This document shows, piece by piece, positions 26,401 through 40,337 of a DNA stretch of 64,000 bases. This DNA comes from Podarcis tiliguerta. Taxonomy: Eukaryota. Below the pieces are notes generated by a model. It ran no database searches. It was not told the DNA's origin and worked only from the letters and a program-made list of their open reading frames with translations. The DNA is taken from NCBI GenBank assembly GCA_965153285.1, contig OZ229111.1; one strand, written 5' to 3'. The position numbers were made by a program, and so were the translations under genes. The first letter of the stretch is position 1. Each line of letters starts with the position of its first letter.

Positions 26401-27175
26401 CTGGGCAGTGCCCTACAGCGGAAGCAGCACTAAAAGGATTTGGGTCTGCTTCCCTCTCACATCCCACGTGGTGCAGCCAATTGATGTTTCCAGAAAGTGA
26501 GGTCTGGGGCTTGTAAGTTATTATCATGATCATGCAGGAGCTTGAGGATATGCTTAGCTAAGTTTTGAAGGGTTTCTTAAAAACAACAACACGCTTCTTT
26601 TTAAAGGATTTGGGAAATGTAGCCATTTCCAAAAAAGGGATAGTACATTACTGAGTAATATCTAAGGTATTAAGAGATCTGGGATTCCATTTTGGGGGGG
26701 GATGATCTGTGAAGAAAGCTTACCTAGACTGGCTTTATTATACATAAGAAGCACACCCAATAAATAATTTGTTTGAAAAATATGGGTTGGATCCCCCCTC
26801 TAGAGCTACACCCGTTGAAGAAATGATAGCACTGACAATATTCTGTAAATAACAGAAGGCTCAGCACAACATGATTTATAGCACGAACACATCTTGGAAT
26901 GGTGTGCAACACTTGGAGCAATGCCTGGCAAACCTTGTACAAGGCCATGTGAAAGAGATTGCACAAGAACTTGCACTACAGAACCACACAGTTGGATTTC
27001 ACTTCTCTTTGCTTACACAATGGTTGTGTGTTACGTTAAGAAAAGCCCCTTCCCTTGCAGAAGACGCTGCTCATTTGCAGAAAAGCATATCCGGATTCAA
27101 TAGATATTTTGCAGCATATAAATGTAATTTACTTCTAATTCAATACAATGAACTGGTAATCAAAATGTTATTTAC

Positions 27176-27256
27176 CTTGTATTTTGGAATAGTCTTTAGA
27201 AGTTCTTTCACTGGAACATCTGTGCCCACAACTCCCAAAAGAATGCCTTTCGATCT
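27176..27256 (-). CDS. CACNA2D3: CACNA2D3 coding exon (about exon 16), 81 nt, RSKGILLGVVGTDVPVKELLKTIPKYK
   Basis: cttttaaaatag|AGATCGAAA...AAATACAAG|gtaaat. Matches the recalled alpha2delta-3 sequence. Confidence 0.98.
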
Positions 27257-28410
27257 CTATTTTAAAAGATTGTTTGGGAAAAAATGCAGATTAGTTGGAA
27301 CAAACAATTACAGTTAGAGCACAGTAATTCAGTCAATAAGTATTTCCCATATGGATTAAAACTGAACTGAGCACTGCCGATAACTAGCTAATTCTTCCAA
27401 CTATTTGACAAGGTATTATGGGTGGCTGCAGCTAATCTGGCTGAATACGCACACAAACAAAATCAATAGATGTCTTCTTTCCCCTACCCTAGAAATAAAA
27501 TCAAAGGTTGTGTGCAAAGTTGCAGCTGATAAGGATGCTTTCAATTAAACACTCTGACTCAGGAAGCCCCATCCAGACAAAATATGGCATAGAAAAATGC
27601 AATTTATCTTCTGTTTCAAATAGCTAGTGAAGCCCAGGAGGCAAGAATTAAATGTGAAGGGCAAGGTAAATGCAAATATAAAATGGAAATAGATTTTTAA
27701 AATCCCAGATCCCTATTATAGAAATATAGTAGAAATATTTCTGGATATATACACTAGCACTAGTCTAAGAAAAGAATAATTAGAGACATTTGCTCCAATC
27801 AGAAAAACCACAGTGACAGCAAAAGCACACATGTTTGTGTATGTGTGCACAGATGTACAGTATCTTATGCACAAACATGTGCACATGTTGTTGCAGAGAA
27901 TTTCTATGGTAAAATTGGTTACAGGTGCACACGTGTTACCTTTTTCCTACCTGCGATCTATTCCACCTTGAACAGTAGGCTGCTGTGCGCCCAATACAAT
28001 AGTGTTGCAAATCTGAACAATTCAGGGAAAGATTGGGGTGCTTAGATCCTATTGAAACCAATAGCTTCCAAGCATAAATTAAAAAATATTTAGCTTTGCC
28101 TGGATTGCATCCTATCTGATGTCCAAAAAAACCCCAACTATGCTAAACAGTATTTAAAACCTTGATATTTGTATTTTTAATATGTGCTGCTTCTTAAAAA
28201 GGGACAAGGCGTTTTATTTCAAGAACCACTGAAAGTTCTTTCAGTTCTTTGCTGCTAAGTATGTTGTATGGCATTTATTTTAACACCAAGTACACATTTA
28301 TGGGGAGAAGGTAGAGGATACCAACAGTCGAGAAATGCATAGCTTCATCAAGACGTTCACATTTGTGCTGATTTTGTAGCACATGGCTGGTGTATGGCGT
28401 GAGTACTTAC

Positions 28411-28482
28411 AGTCTCATTTTGCTTACTAAATACTGGCATGGCAACAGTGGTCATCAAAACCAATCCCTGATCGTCTGCAAG
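28411..28482 (-). CDS. CACNA2D3: CACNA2D3 coding exon (about exon 15), 72 nt, LADDQGLVLMTTVAMPVFSKQNET
   Basis: ttattttttaaatgtag|CTTGCAGAC...AATGAGACT|gtaagt. Matches the recalled alpha2delta-3 sequence. Confidence 0.98.
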
Positions 28483-31357
28483 CTACATTTAAAAAATAAG
28501 AAGAGATATTAATACAGAGCAATATGAGATGGGACCATTATCAAATCATAGCTATGAAAGCATCCAAAGAAGGTATCTTCTGATTAATGGAAATGATGTT
28601 TAAGAGCCCATTGCAACCTGCATTGCATTGCTTTTTAGTGCATCTGAGTGAGGCTCAGTCCAAAACATGTGCCTGTCGGAAGGTGTTGTTGAAATCATCT
28701 TTCATTTAAAGAAAGAGAAATCTATTACTGTAATCTTTTACTCATCTGTTGGATATGTATTGAATATTTTTGTATTCAGACAAATCTCCCTTAATTTTCT
28801 TTACATTTCCACTTCTCGTGGGATCCAATTTACAACTTTTTGCAGGACGAACACTCTGATGGTAGTAGATGACGGTAGCCTTTGGGCTAATACCTACACT
28901 CCACTGGGCTGCTTCTTACATGGCTTTCATGCCAGCTTGGTAAGAAGTGAGTTGAGAGCTTCTGTCTCTCAGCCATAGTCATTTCCACAATCTCCGATGC
29001 ATTGCAGCTATGTTAGAGATCATGTACGACAATGCTGCTGACCTCTGTGAACTCCTGGCTCACAGACTGCATATAGCTCATGCAAACACAGATGACAGGC
29101 AAATTCCCTGTTAGCGAAAAAACAGTGCTATTCGGTGGCTGAGCCAGTCTTCTACCTCCTGCTTTCCCATGGCCAAATTCAGCCCCAGCATTGGGAAACA
29201 ATCAAATTCTATGTTGTCACCAAACATATGGCAACCACATATTAAGATTGTGACTAGGAAAATGGGGACATATTTTCCCCCACCCCCGGTAGATTTGTGA
29301 TGGACAATTTTGACTGTTTGCGAAACTGTTCCTGGAAGAATAGAAAACTAAGTCTTTATATGATTCCTCATATCTCAAAAGTTCATATCTCCAAGTTTTT
29401 TTACCTGTAAAGCTGGTATAATGTGGTTTTGCCAGTCAGTGGGAGTTGAGGCATTAATAGTTACGGTAATATACGATAGCCTTTCATGTATTCTTATGAA
29501 CAAAGTACACATATAAAGGATTGCTTTATATGGATTACTACTCAATATACTATTTATTTACAAAGCACATTAAGTGGCAAATTAACACGGTGACAGGATA
29601 TACAGAATTAAGTCACACACACACACATGCACCAAACTGTGGTCAGGGGCAAGCATATGTTTGGAATTTTAAAAAAAATTATCTCTGGATCTTCCCTCCC
29701 ACACAATTCCCACACATCCCTCAATCCCCTCTAGCCAGGGGCTGTTCAAACGTTCCCTCCCAGCCACAGTGACATCACTTGTAGGAGCACAACAATGGGT
29801 CCAGACAGTATGGCTGAGGTTTCCAGGGTGTAATGCCAGGGAGCATGTAGGTTATGCACTCAGGTGCATGCCCACAGTGTCCTGGAGCACAGCACTTTTG
29901 GTGGATGCAGAGTTTCGCCGTCTTACAAATGTACGTATATTGGCATGGATAGTTTACAGATACAAAGAGCTATCAAAACATGCTGCCATTTCCCCAGGGA
30001 GAAACAATTGTTCAAGCAGTCCACTGCCACTGAGAGAACACCATACCTCTAAGTATTTCAGAAAGTCAAGAGCAAAACACCAAACATTTAGCAGAATGTA
30101 TATTTAGCTAAAGCACTGGGCTGACTCCAGAATTAAGCATCTATAATGGGGCTGGTGGAACTGATTTCTCCACTCCTCCTCCCTGTGAAATAGGGTGCAC
30201 TGTGGCATGGGGAGGGCTGAGAGGGAAGGAAGGATCCTGAAAAACTGGGCAAAGGTGTATTTCACAAGCAGACCTCCCACTCTCTGGAGTTGCCTTTGCC
30301 TGATGGGGGGGGGGGGGAATCACCCATGCTGCAGCCTACCAATTCAGTAGGGTCTCCCAAACCTTGATGGACTATTTTTGAGGAGGCTGCAATGCAGAGG
30401 AGAAAGCAGGCACGTCTGCTGCTGCTCCCAGCATTGTTATATACGCTTAATTCTAAATCCAACTATTCGTTTTTGAAATTCTTTCGTAGCCATTTTATTA
30501 AATGGCTCTTTGATATAATTAGGCAAAAAGCAAGGCCAAGACATGATGGAAGCTGGAGGGTGTTGTTTTCTCTTTGAAGGTGGTGAGCCACCCAAGAAAT
30601 GTTGTTCCTGGACAGTCAACAAATGCCTAAACAAACAAATGCTTTAATTGGTATGTTCCACTGGAATCCATAGGAATTCTGTTATCGTGAAATAATGTAA
30701 TCATAAGCACGTGTAAGTTTAAATCTAAAATAAAATACTTTTTAAAGTTAATAAACCAAGTGGAAATTAGCTAGCATCTGAAGACAGGAGTCTTAACGTA
30801 GTTAGTAAAGGAGTCCCATGGGTTCAAACAACATATTTATTAATAATTTGTATAAACAGAGAAGTAGGACAAAATGTTAAATGGTTAATGCATCAGATTG
30901 AATGTTTTTACAGCTGCCAAATATCACTATTTTCTGAACTGGAAAGCACATTGTGAAAGGAATGCCCAACATGAACAAAACTGTTCCGACATTATGCATT
31001 TGCTTTTTAAGTTATAAAATGGTTACTTTCTGTTTAAAGGTTGTTCTTGCCAGGGATGCAAAATATCATGGAAAATACAAACTCAAGAAACTGAAACTTA
31101 AGAGTGGGAAGGAAGAAGAAACCTAGTTAATACAGGAAACAGAAATGTAGTGAACTATATTGCCTTTCCGGCTGGCTTATAGTGTTGGAAGGTAGATTGA
31201 GATTAGTGTATAGAAATGAAACTGGCAAGCATACAAAAAAGGTAAAGAAGAGCAAGGAATCAGAAGTAGCAGCCAGGACAGATAAGACTGCAGAGAAGGT
31301 TATGGGAACTGTAATCCAACAACATCTAGAGGGCACCAGATTGGCGGAGGCTGGTGT

Positions 31358-31669
31358 CAGGGCCAGATTTAAGTTTGATGAGGCCCTAAACTACTGAAGG
31401 TAATGGGGCCCTTTATATGTCCAGCTGTCCTTTGTCAACAACAAATTGTCACTGTTTTTTGTGTTGAATATATGCTATATGGTAATTTATGGACCTAATA
31501 GGTATCTAAAGCCATTTGCACCTAACAAAATATGTATTTCATCAAAGTAATTGTTGAACTGAAATACAATTAAGTATATTAATAGTGAAATACTTTTAAC
31601 TCCACCACCCCCGAAGAGAGTGGGGCCCTAAGCTATAGCTTGTTTAGCTTATACATAAATCCAGCACTG
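31358..31669. mobile_element. non-autonomous hAT DNA transposon
   Basis: TIRs CAGGGCCAGATTTA / TAAATCCAGCACTG; 8-bp TSD GCTGGTGT (31350-31357) / GCTGGTAT (31670-31677), one mismatch. Confidence 0.85.
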
Positions 31670-32171
31670 GCTGGTATAGATTATGTTGCAAACAGAATCC
31701 CCCTTGCATCAGGCAGGGTGTCCCTCCACCTAGTTGTGCCAGCCTCTGCTTGGGGAGTGCTGCCTATACAGAATTCTCCATTCCACCAGCCCAATGTGTA
31801 AGTGGGCAGAAGTGTCACTGGCAGTATTCAGGCTAGTGAAGTGATATACCTGCCTCCTTCCAGTCTTCCACCTCAGCCAGCATGAGCTGAAGGACTGCCG
31901 CTCCATTAAGACACACTGTTCGCCAGCCCCAGAGGTTGGCTGCAGCCTTAGATGCCCGTGAGTTATCTCAGGCAAAGATAACTTAGGCCTTTAAGGACAG
32001 GAACTGAGACGTGCTTCTCCATGTCAACAATGAATACGATGGCTTCCAGGGAAGCAGAAAAACTTTTAGAAATTCAGTGAGGTAATATGTCCATCTTCCA
32101 CAACACTTTGCTACTGATTTCAAGAGGCATTCCATTCCTATCCTTTATACCTGGTCAACAGAAGATGCTTC

Positions 32172-32255
32172 AAGCATCTGAAAAAAGTGGTCTCTAGTCC
32201 ACAGTAAGTTATCTATTGCACCATAAATCTGTTAGTCTTTAAGATACCATAAGGT
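32172..32255 (+). mobile_element. Penelope-like element terminal fragment
   Basis: GCATCTGAAAAAAGTGG...TAGTCCAC...ATAAATCTGTTAGTCTTTAAGATACCATAAG matches the recalled reptile Penelope end GCATCTGAAGAAGTGGG..CCCACGAAAGC..AATAAAT.TGTTAGTCT.TAAGGTGCCACAAG. Confidence 0.65.
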
Positions 32256-33157
32256 TAACGTGGTTGCCTTCCTGAAACGTTCCAGCTTAACTCTAATTGT
32301 TATGTTAGGGAAAACATTAACATATTATGTAAGAAGTGGGAAGCCACAAAGCAGAAGCAGAATTGAAATTAAAAAAACAGAGCAAGTCTTCCAGACATTG
32401 CATCAAGCTTTCTGAATGTTTCTCTTTACATAAATGGGTGAGCAGAGCTGAGTCACTTTTCCTAATGGAACTTGTTAACTATGAGTTGGTGACCAAATCA
32501 GAGAATTTCCTCCCAAAGATTAATGTAATATAAAATTTAGCCATCCTTGACATTGCTATATATTCCTGGCCTATTAATTCTATTCTTCCTAGATGTTATT
32601 GTACAATATAGCTGAAGGTGTTTAATAAGCTAGTTCTAGACAGGATTTTAATAAAGTAGAAGAGCAAACCAAGTGCAAAGTTTTATAAAGTAAGGGTCCA
32701 GAATTCTAGGCATGCATAAGAGAACTGTGGGAAGGTGGGGTCAAGTCTTCTTCCTGAGCCTCACACCTGGTACATAGATGGATATGTATGGCAACACAGA
32801 AAAGGAAGGCAGAGGTGAGACAGGAGGCTAGCGGAGAGTGCAAACTAATCCATCAAAAAAACCTCCCTTTGTTCCATGGATGTCTCCTACCCTTCCATTT
32901 ACCACTGAAGGAAGGACTGTTTCCCCCCAGTGAGACAACAGTGGTAGCTGGTGAGGTGAAAAGCAAGAAGCCCAATGGGAGGCAGAGTGAGAACCAGTGT
33001 CAGGTGGAATCAGCTAATTCTAGTCTGGTCTTCATCATCCACTCCAAAGCAGGCACTCCAAAAAGTGGGAGTGCAGTTTCTGGGGAAACCCTTTTCCTGG
33101 ATGGGCTGAGAAAGCAAGCAGTTCCCCCAGATAAGCAATTTGAAGCAAGCAAGAAGC

Positions 33158-33159
<2 letters not shown>

Positions 33160-33200
<41 letters not shown>

Positions 33201-33268
33201 AGAAACACCAAGGCAAGGGAAATCTGAATACCTTCGGCCTGGATATTACAAATTCCACGCAAGATAGA

Positions 33269-33310
<42 letters not shown>
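33160..33310. repeat. (GAAA)n at ~33160-33198 and (ATT)n at ~33268-33310 microsatellites
   Basis: Direct reading. These explain the KKER, FFLS, poly-N and poly-I runs in the ORF track. Confidence 0.95.
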
Positions 33311-33311
<1 letters not shown>

Positions 33312-35549
33312 GTTTCTATTTCTTGGACAGAGGGCACAGTTTACAGTAGAGGCAGGGATTGCCAAAAGGCAGATGGAGGGACAATCCCCAAACCTCATTC
33401 TGAAAGGATTGTGTTCTTGGTTTTATTTGTAAAGAATGGTTTCGAATGCTCCCCTTCTAACACGACCAACTCTATAAACATTTCACACTACGCTTGGAAG
33501 ACATGCTCTCCACATAGGGTGACAGCCTCATGCTTTGGCCTGCCCAAAGACTTCCAAGCACCGTGCTCAGGCAGTATGTGATTGTGTGGGACGGGAGCTC
33601 CCCACCCCCTGGCCAACATGTCGGTGCAGCTCTCAGGAATATGGCCACAGTATGAGGTATTTTGGTGGAGACATCAAGATTCCAGAGGCCAGAGATCATT
33701 TACAAGATTTGTGCCTGCAAATCATGTTGTGTGAACTGGCCCAAAAGTTCTGCCTTTTACAACAAGTGTATATCACGAGGTTAGTGCACGTTGTCTTGCC
33801 TGAAATTCTAATCCGAAAAGCCCCCAACCCACCGTTTGTTTCTGTCAGTGTTCATACCAACTCCTCCTTTTTGTGTGTGTGTATAATAGAATTTATTTTT
33901 AAGATCTTCAGCATTCCTACTCCAAATAGAAGGGTGTGTGTTTGTCCTTTGAAATGCAAGAATAATTAGATTAAACCCAGTAACGAAGTCCAGATTCTCC
34001 CACTCCCATTTGCTTTGATTTTTAAAGGTAAACACATTGCCATTTCTTTTTAAGTGCTATTGCAAAGGGGTATTTTTACATTTCATGAGACATCTACATT
34101 TCCTAATTGTAAATGATATGCACAAAATTTAAATGGAAGGAAACTTCTTAAGAGATAATGATTTTTGGAGGGAGGGGGAGGAAGTGTGGGTTTTTTGTTG
34201 AGAAATAGAACTTTGGGTTTTATATTCTGACTCTCCTTTTGAGGTTCTTATAACACCAGATTTTTTTAAAAAACAACTATTCAAAGGACCAGTTCAGCAT
34301 TTAACATAGTAGAATAGTCAAATTCTACAGGCTCACAAGAGACCAGGCACTCCAGCATGGGGGGGGGGGGCTTCAGGATGCTGTGCATGTAATATAATAA
34401 GAACTGAAAAATAAAAAGCTGCTCTCCCCGCCCCCCGAAAATAAATAAATCAGATTTACTTTTAGTTACAGCCTGCCTACATGTGTAGAACCCAGTCTTC
34501 ATAGGCATGAATAATGTGATCCAGTATGATTCAGTTTTGCGATATACAGATCAGTGACTAGAGTCTACATGTGTTGGGATCTACCTATGCTGATGTTATG
34601 CTCAACATCTGGAAATTAGGTGTGGGTCATGTGTGATCATGATGCTCCTCCAGGCACACAGGCATTAGCTTTAAAAAGAGTTTAAATGCACTGCAAAGAA
34701 AATAAGCAGCACTCCAGAAAAACAACAACCCATAAATAGCTACTGTACCATTATATTGTTCTTTTGTACTTCATTTGGTTCAATTTAACTTTTTAGATAA
34801 CTTTAATAAAAATGCTAAAAAAAATTGCTGATGCATTTCCACGGCAATATCAGGGTTGCAAATTTTCCAATTTTTCCTTGTAATTCAGCACCTTGAAGTA
34901 GGAAAAAGTAAATGAAGCAGCGAATGATAAATGATGTGTCTAGCTTTTTGGAAACAGAATAGTGTCAAGATAAAAGGACCGCAAGCCTTGCCCAAATAAG
35001 TTAAGACTCAAAGAGAAAAGAAGCTGCTGGAAACTTAGAGGGAGTAAGATTATATGCCAGAGGCATATTCTAAAAACATTTCGGGCAGGGGGGAACAATG
35101 TTTTCAATTTAGAAAAAATATTTTTTCAAGGCTGACTCTCTTTCATTACTATGGCTAATATATAGTCCCTCCTGTTTCATGCAGGCTCAGTACTAAATAC
35201 CTCGCAACAGGAATAAGATAACACAGCTTGAAGCCTGCTGTTTCAACAAAGCAAGTAAAACAATGCCCCAGTGGGCTATTACACAGGAGTAGCTTATGCT
35301 TGAGGAACAGAATAGGTTAGGAATCAGGAGGGCTAAATACACAGATTCAAAGCCCAGAGTAAACTAATTGCTTCTCTGAATTAATTATTTGGGGTTTTAT
35401 TGATGGCATCATAAGCCTGGAAGGCTCATCCAAAAACCAAATTATTCGGACATCTTATTACAGCATGTCTCTTCTTACATAGTGATCTAAAACTCATATT
35501 CAATTCTTATGTTTCAGAAGTGCCACAGTAACCCCTTCAAAGGATCAGT

Positions 35550-35890
35550 GCCATTCCACATAGGAAGCTGTGTGAAACAGCACACCGGACATTCGCTCTG
35601 TTTACAAACTCCCCATGCAATATTTAACTCTTATGTCCTTGTGTTCATTTCAAGTAGTACAGTTAATCATATGCATTTGTAGATATGAGGTCTGTCTTGC
35701 GCTGTACCAAATGTTAACTGTTTATATAGCCTGACCAAAACATCACACAGAACTTCAGAAAATAACAGATGGTTACAAGTTGAAAGATTGCCCCATACTG
35801 TTAAGCTTGTGTAAAATCTGTGAGCAAGTTGCTGTCCTAGCTCCATCTCTTCTCTTTTTATGGTAGTCATAATTTTTAAAAGTAACACTT
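35550..35890. repeat. copy A of a ~350-bp direct repeat with a highly conserved core
   Basis: Aligns to 43700-44060; core 35709-35807 vs 43877-43975 is ungapped with 4 mismatches in 99 nt. Confidence 0.95.
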
Positions 35891-38800
35891 CCACCTGTTG
35901 CTGTAGTTCTGCTGTTTTTCTCTTTAACCTTTAGATGACTCTAGAATGCTTCCAGCCATTACTATAAGAAATGCCACAGAACGTTTGGTAACAAATACCA
36001 ACAGAGAGATTGTTCTAGTGAAAATATGTTTGATAAATGTTGACAACTACTGATAAATCATGGAAATGGATTATACTGAAGGCACTTGGTTATTCTTCAG
36101 ATGTTCTGTTGAATGACAGAAATAATTGAGTCGCTGGGGCATGACAAATGTTCCCTTTACCAATAAATTATAGAAATGTGAATGAAATGTGGTCATTTGG
36201 GTTTTAACCTTATATACATTTGCCTAGAAGTCCCATTAACTCAATGGTGCTTACTTCTGAGCATTCCTGTATAAGATGACATTGTTACTGTAGGAACTTT
36301 TGAGTTGCATCCAATGTTCTATTCAGAGAAGACTCACTGAAATTAATGGGCATTAGTTACTTATGTTCATTAATTTCATTGAGTTTACTCTTAGCAGTAC
36401 TAACATTTCTTGCTGGCAGCCTAAAAACGTATACTGGCAAATGTCAATTTGTCCTCAATTTCTATCAATGTCCATTGCATATAGCCATCCATATTTTAAA
36501 TAACATGCACACTGCTTCGTATCTGGTAGGTATTTATAGTAGTTAGCTTACTTAAAACCATTTTCAGAATTATTATTATTTTTGCAATAAATACTTCGAA
36601 GTCTACAGTTAATAGTAGCATAAGAGAGAATCTGCCACTTGTCGCCAAAATGGTTGTTTATATCCACAAAGAATAACCACACACAATCCCTAAAAGTTGA
36701 TATGAGATTTCAGGCAGATAGAAGTTTTAAAAAGTCAAGTTGGATGGCAACATTATTATTCTAGAAGCATCTGAAGATTAAAGTGAGCATGTTTACAGAG
36801 ACATGACCATTTAAAATGTTTATACAGAAAACATTTGTAGATGATACACAGATTCCAACAAAAACACAGTACAAGTTCAGTCACCATATGGCAAAGCGTA
36901 CACTAGCATGGATTCAAGTCATTCACAAAGACAAGCATCAGCCCTGCACTGGTCTTCCTCAAACAAACAAATGCCAAATGGATTTGAAAACTTCTCATCA
37001 TGCTTCAGTTAGTTGGGGGGAAAGTCTCAATGTTAAACATCTCCGTGTTATTCAGAATGGGGGGAACTAATTAGTACACTCAACAAAACTCCATTTCCAC
37101 TCAGAATTTCATACCAAGTTCATGTTAGCTATCAAACAACTCCCTGTTGCTTGATACAGATCTGAAGAAGATGATGTAGCTCTGTAAATATTTCTGTTTG
37201 AGGACTGCCTTATGACTTCATGAGCCAAATAAGCCATTAGATAGGCACACATACACTGTGCATCCAATTTACGCTGCATGTCCTTAGTATTGCAACTGCT
37301 TATATATCACCAATGACCATTTACAGACAAGTTGCAAGAAATGGGGCTACTGCATATGCAAGCAACCTCTTTTATTGAGCAAAAAGGGATTTCTACTAAT
37401 GAGTGAAGGTAGATGCTACTAGTGCCTTGAAAAAACGTATGCAAATTAAGGTGGGAGTGCTAAAAATAACATGACTGCATCCAACATCTGCTAACCATAG
37501 AAGAGGCTGGAGCTAAGCCTAGGAATAAGCAGCAGCGATATTACATTTTAAACCAAACCTGTGGGATGAAAACTAACTATGAGATTTGCAACAATAACTG
37601 AAAGACAATTATGATGCTATTCAAGAGAATGAAGTAGAACTGAGACAATAAACTTGACTGATGAGAAAAGAATAACTATTACAATATGGAATCCCTTAAC
37701 AGTTTTGTAATATCACAAGGGAGACTGGCTTCTGAAGGCTGTTCCAAGTCAACTATAGAGAAACACGGATAAATTGCAGCAAGATATCTCCAACACCTAT
37801 TATGGTTTCATACTTTTCACTTTTTATATCCCTCTTTCATTTCCCTGTTTATTTCCCAGCACAGGGCCCAAGGCTGCCTGGAAATTGCACCTAGTGACTT
37901 GCAGGTCATTTTCCTAACAACGTCTGGGGGAGCGGATTGTGGTTACCCAATGTTTTGGAAATGGGACTGTGCATATGCTTAACGATGAGTTCATACTTAA
38001 CAGGGCTGTTCCTGGCATTAAAAAGCGGTTCAAAGAATGAACAACAGTGATACCTAAAGGAAATGATTTTATTACTTGGCGTTTGAGATGCTAAGAAAGC
38101 AACAATTCTGCCTTTAGAACCTAGCTTGAGAATATATGGAAGTCTTGTAGATCTGTAACAATGAACAACAGCATATACTCCAGAGCTGGGAACTGGTGGC
38201 ATGATATTGGCATACTCTTAATAGGAATCATATCCGCCACTACTTTAAACTGGTAATCATATGCCCATAACTGACATAGTGCTTCTACCTTGGTTGCCTT
38301 TGCCTTAACTCTAGCAATATTCCTAACAAATCACTGACACTATACACAAAAGCCCCTTTCATCTGTTCATTCCATACTGAATAAGCACACCAAAGTGGCA
38401 GGCTCCGCCCCCTCAAAAGCCATACTGATGTTCTAATTCAAGTATTCTCCTCCCCCCCTGTGGATGGTTATTCTGAACTGAATGAACAACTAAAAAAGGG
38501 GCTCAAGCATTTTGGTAGAAGAGTTTAACCAAAAATTGTATTTACTAAATAATGTAGAAGGACAAAACAAAAGCCACAGTTTTGCTAAGTCTAAAAAGGC
38601 TATTAACCTTTACAAATGGGTTTCAGGAGTTTAAAAAGATTATGGTCAGCACAATCCTACAAAGTTGAGGCAGAAGTAAGTCCCACTGTGTTCATTAGTT
38701 CTTGTTCTCTCATATGAGCATTTAGAATTGAAGCTGCAAGCATCTTCATAATGATTTTGCTTGCTCTGGAAACTAGAAACCAAAGGACCGTAGTTATTTT

Positions 38801-40337
38801 TGCACTGATAATTGGGTTGGAATAGATTTGGCATTTAAAAGTTCTTGGTCCTCAATGTATTATTTATTTACTAACTACATTTTGATACGACCCCAAAGCT
38901 AAAGCTCCTTGGGTGGTCCATAAAACAGTTAAAGCGGTTTACACCTCAGTGACAATTTGAGTACTCAATGACCATTATCATGAAGGCATAGTTCTCCTCA
39001 CAGAAAACAACATGGAGGCCTCCACGTATGTGTGACCCTGTGTTGTAATTGGACCATCTAAACTACAGCCATTGGCTCTGACCTGGAGCCAAGCTACACG
39101 TGAGGCAGAAGAAAGATTTTTGGTTTTGTGTTTTAACTTTATTACTCCAAATGATCAAAGTAACAGCTCTGAGGAAAGGAGCTTAAACCTGTCCCTGTAA
39201 GCTCTCCACCCCACCCCACCCCCCTTAAAATTATAATTGCTTGCCCCTGCAGAAGAAAATATAGTGGGTGCCTGTGTATTTTTCTCCTCGAGGAGAGAAG
39301 CAGCTGCGGCAAGGAAAAGCTTAAAGATCGCCTCTCCCATGCCAAAGGTTTTCTGCCACTCCGACTTTTTTTATCCATACCATGCTACTTTATTCTCTCT
39401 GCGTCGATAAAGCAAGTTGTACTGCTTCATGAAACAAAAGTGAAAAACAGCCGTGGCGAGGGAGGCTTTCCTGCTCAATAATGGCAGGAAAAATCCAGCT
39501 GAGCACACAAACAAAGGGGCACTTGGACTTTTCCATTCAAGTCTGCTGATCTAGTAATAATTACGGTAAAACAGACGTGTGAGGGACAAAGCTATTTTGT
39601 TGTAATCACACAGGAATTCTGGGAGGCTAAATGTCACACCCCTAATAACACAATGACATTCTAAACTGTAGCAGTGCGTGTGTGTATATATACACGTGTG
39701 TGTTTCAATTATATTTGTGAATTATACAAGAATGATGCAACAGGCATCAAGTGATATGTTGTGCTGGCCACAATTGTTGTTTGTGATATCATGAAATGCA
39801 ATGGGGTAGCTCTGGATCATACCATATCAAAGCAGAAGCTGTACAACAACAAGAGCATGTTGCATGGAAACCTCCTTGGACAAACCATATGCTAGATGTA
39901 CTGAGAGGCTTTTGATAAGACAATACAATAGGGACCAGTGAAAGGATATAGCCATGCCATGAATCCCATTGTTCCTCCGGTGGGGAATGTAACGGCCTAG
40001 GGATGGCTTCTTCGTAACTGCCATGTCCATTTGATGGTTGTCTATTATTTTCAAAGTGATAACAAAATGGATCCTTTATTGTGCAACTCAGCAGTCCACT
40101 CCATGTCCATTTTGTTCAAATAGCTCTCACATTGTGCCTGGATTGTAACTCTCAGTGGGTGACTTGACTGCTTACAATGCCTGGCTTTGATTTAAGCAAT
40201 GTTATGCTCTCCAGTTCATTACAGCTGTGACATTGTAAAGCATTTCACTGATCACCATTGTACCATATTCATGACACTGTGGAAACATGAAGAGTTGGTG
40301 ATTTCTTTTGAATAAGTATTGATTGAAAATAGTTTAC

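Noticed and set aside
32788-33349. ORFs with KKER, poly-N and poly-I runs
   Set aside because: Translations of (GAAA)n and (ATT)n microsatellites.
35709-35807. Core of the twin repeat as an H/ACA or C/D snoRNA or pre-miRNA
   Set aside because: A weak hairpin and a terminal ACA-nnn exist on the gene strand. However, no H box is shared by both copies, the CTGA is lost in copy B and the substitutions are not compensatory. Not called, though an Rfam scan is still suggested.
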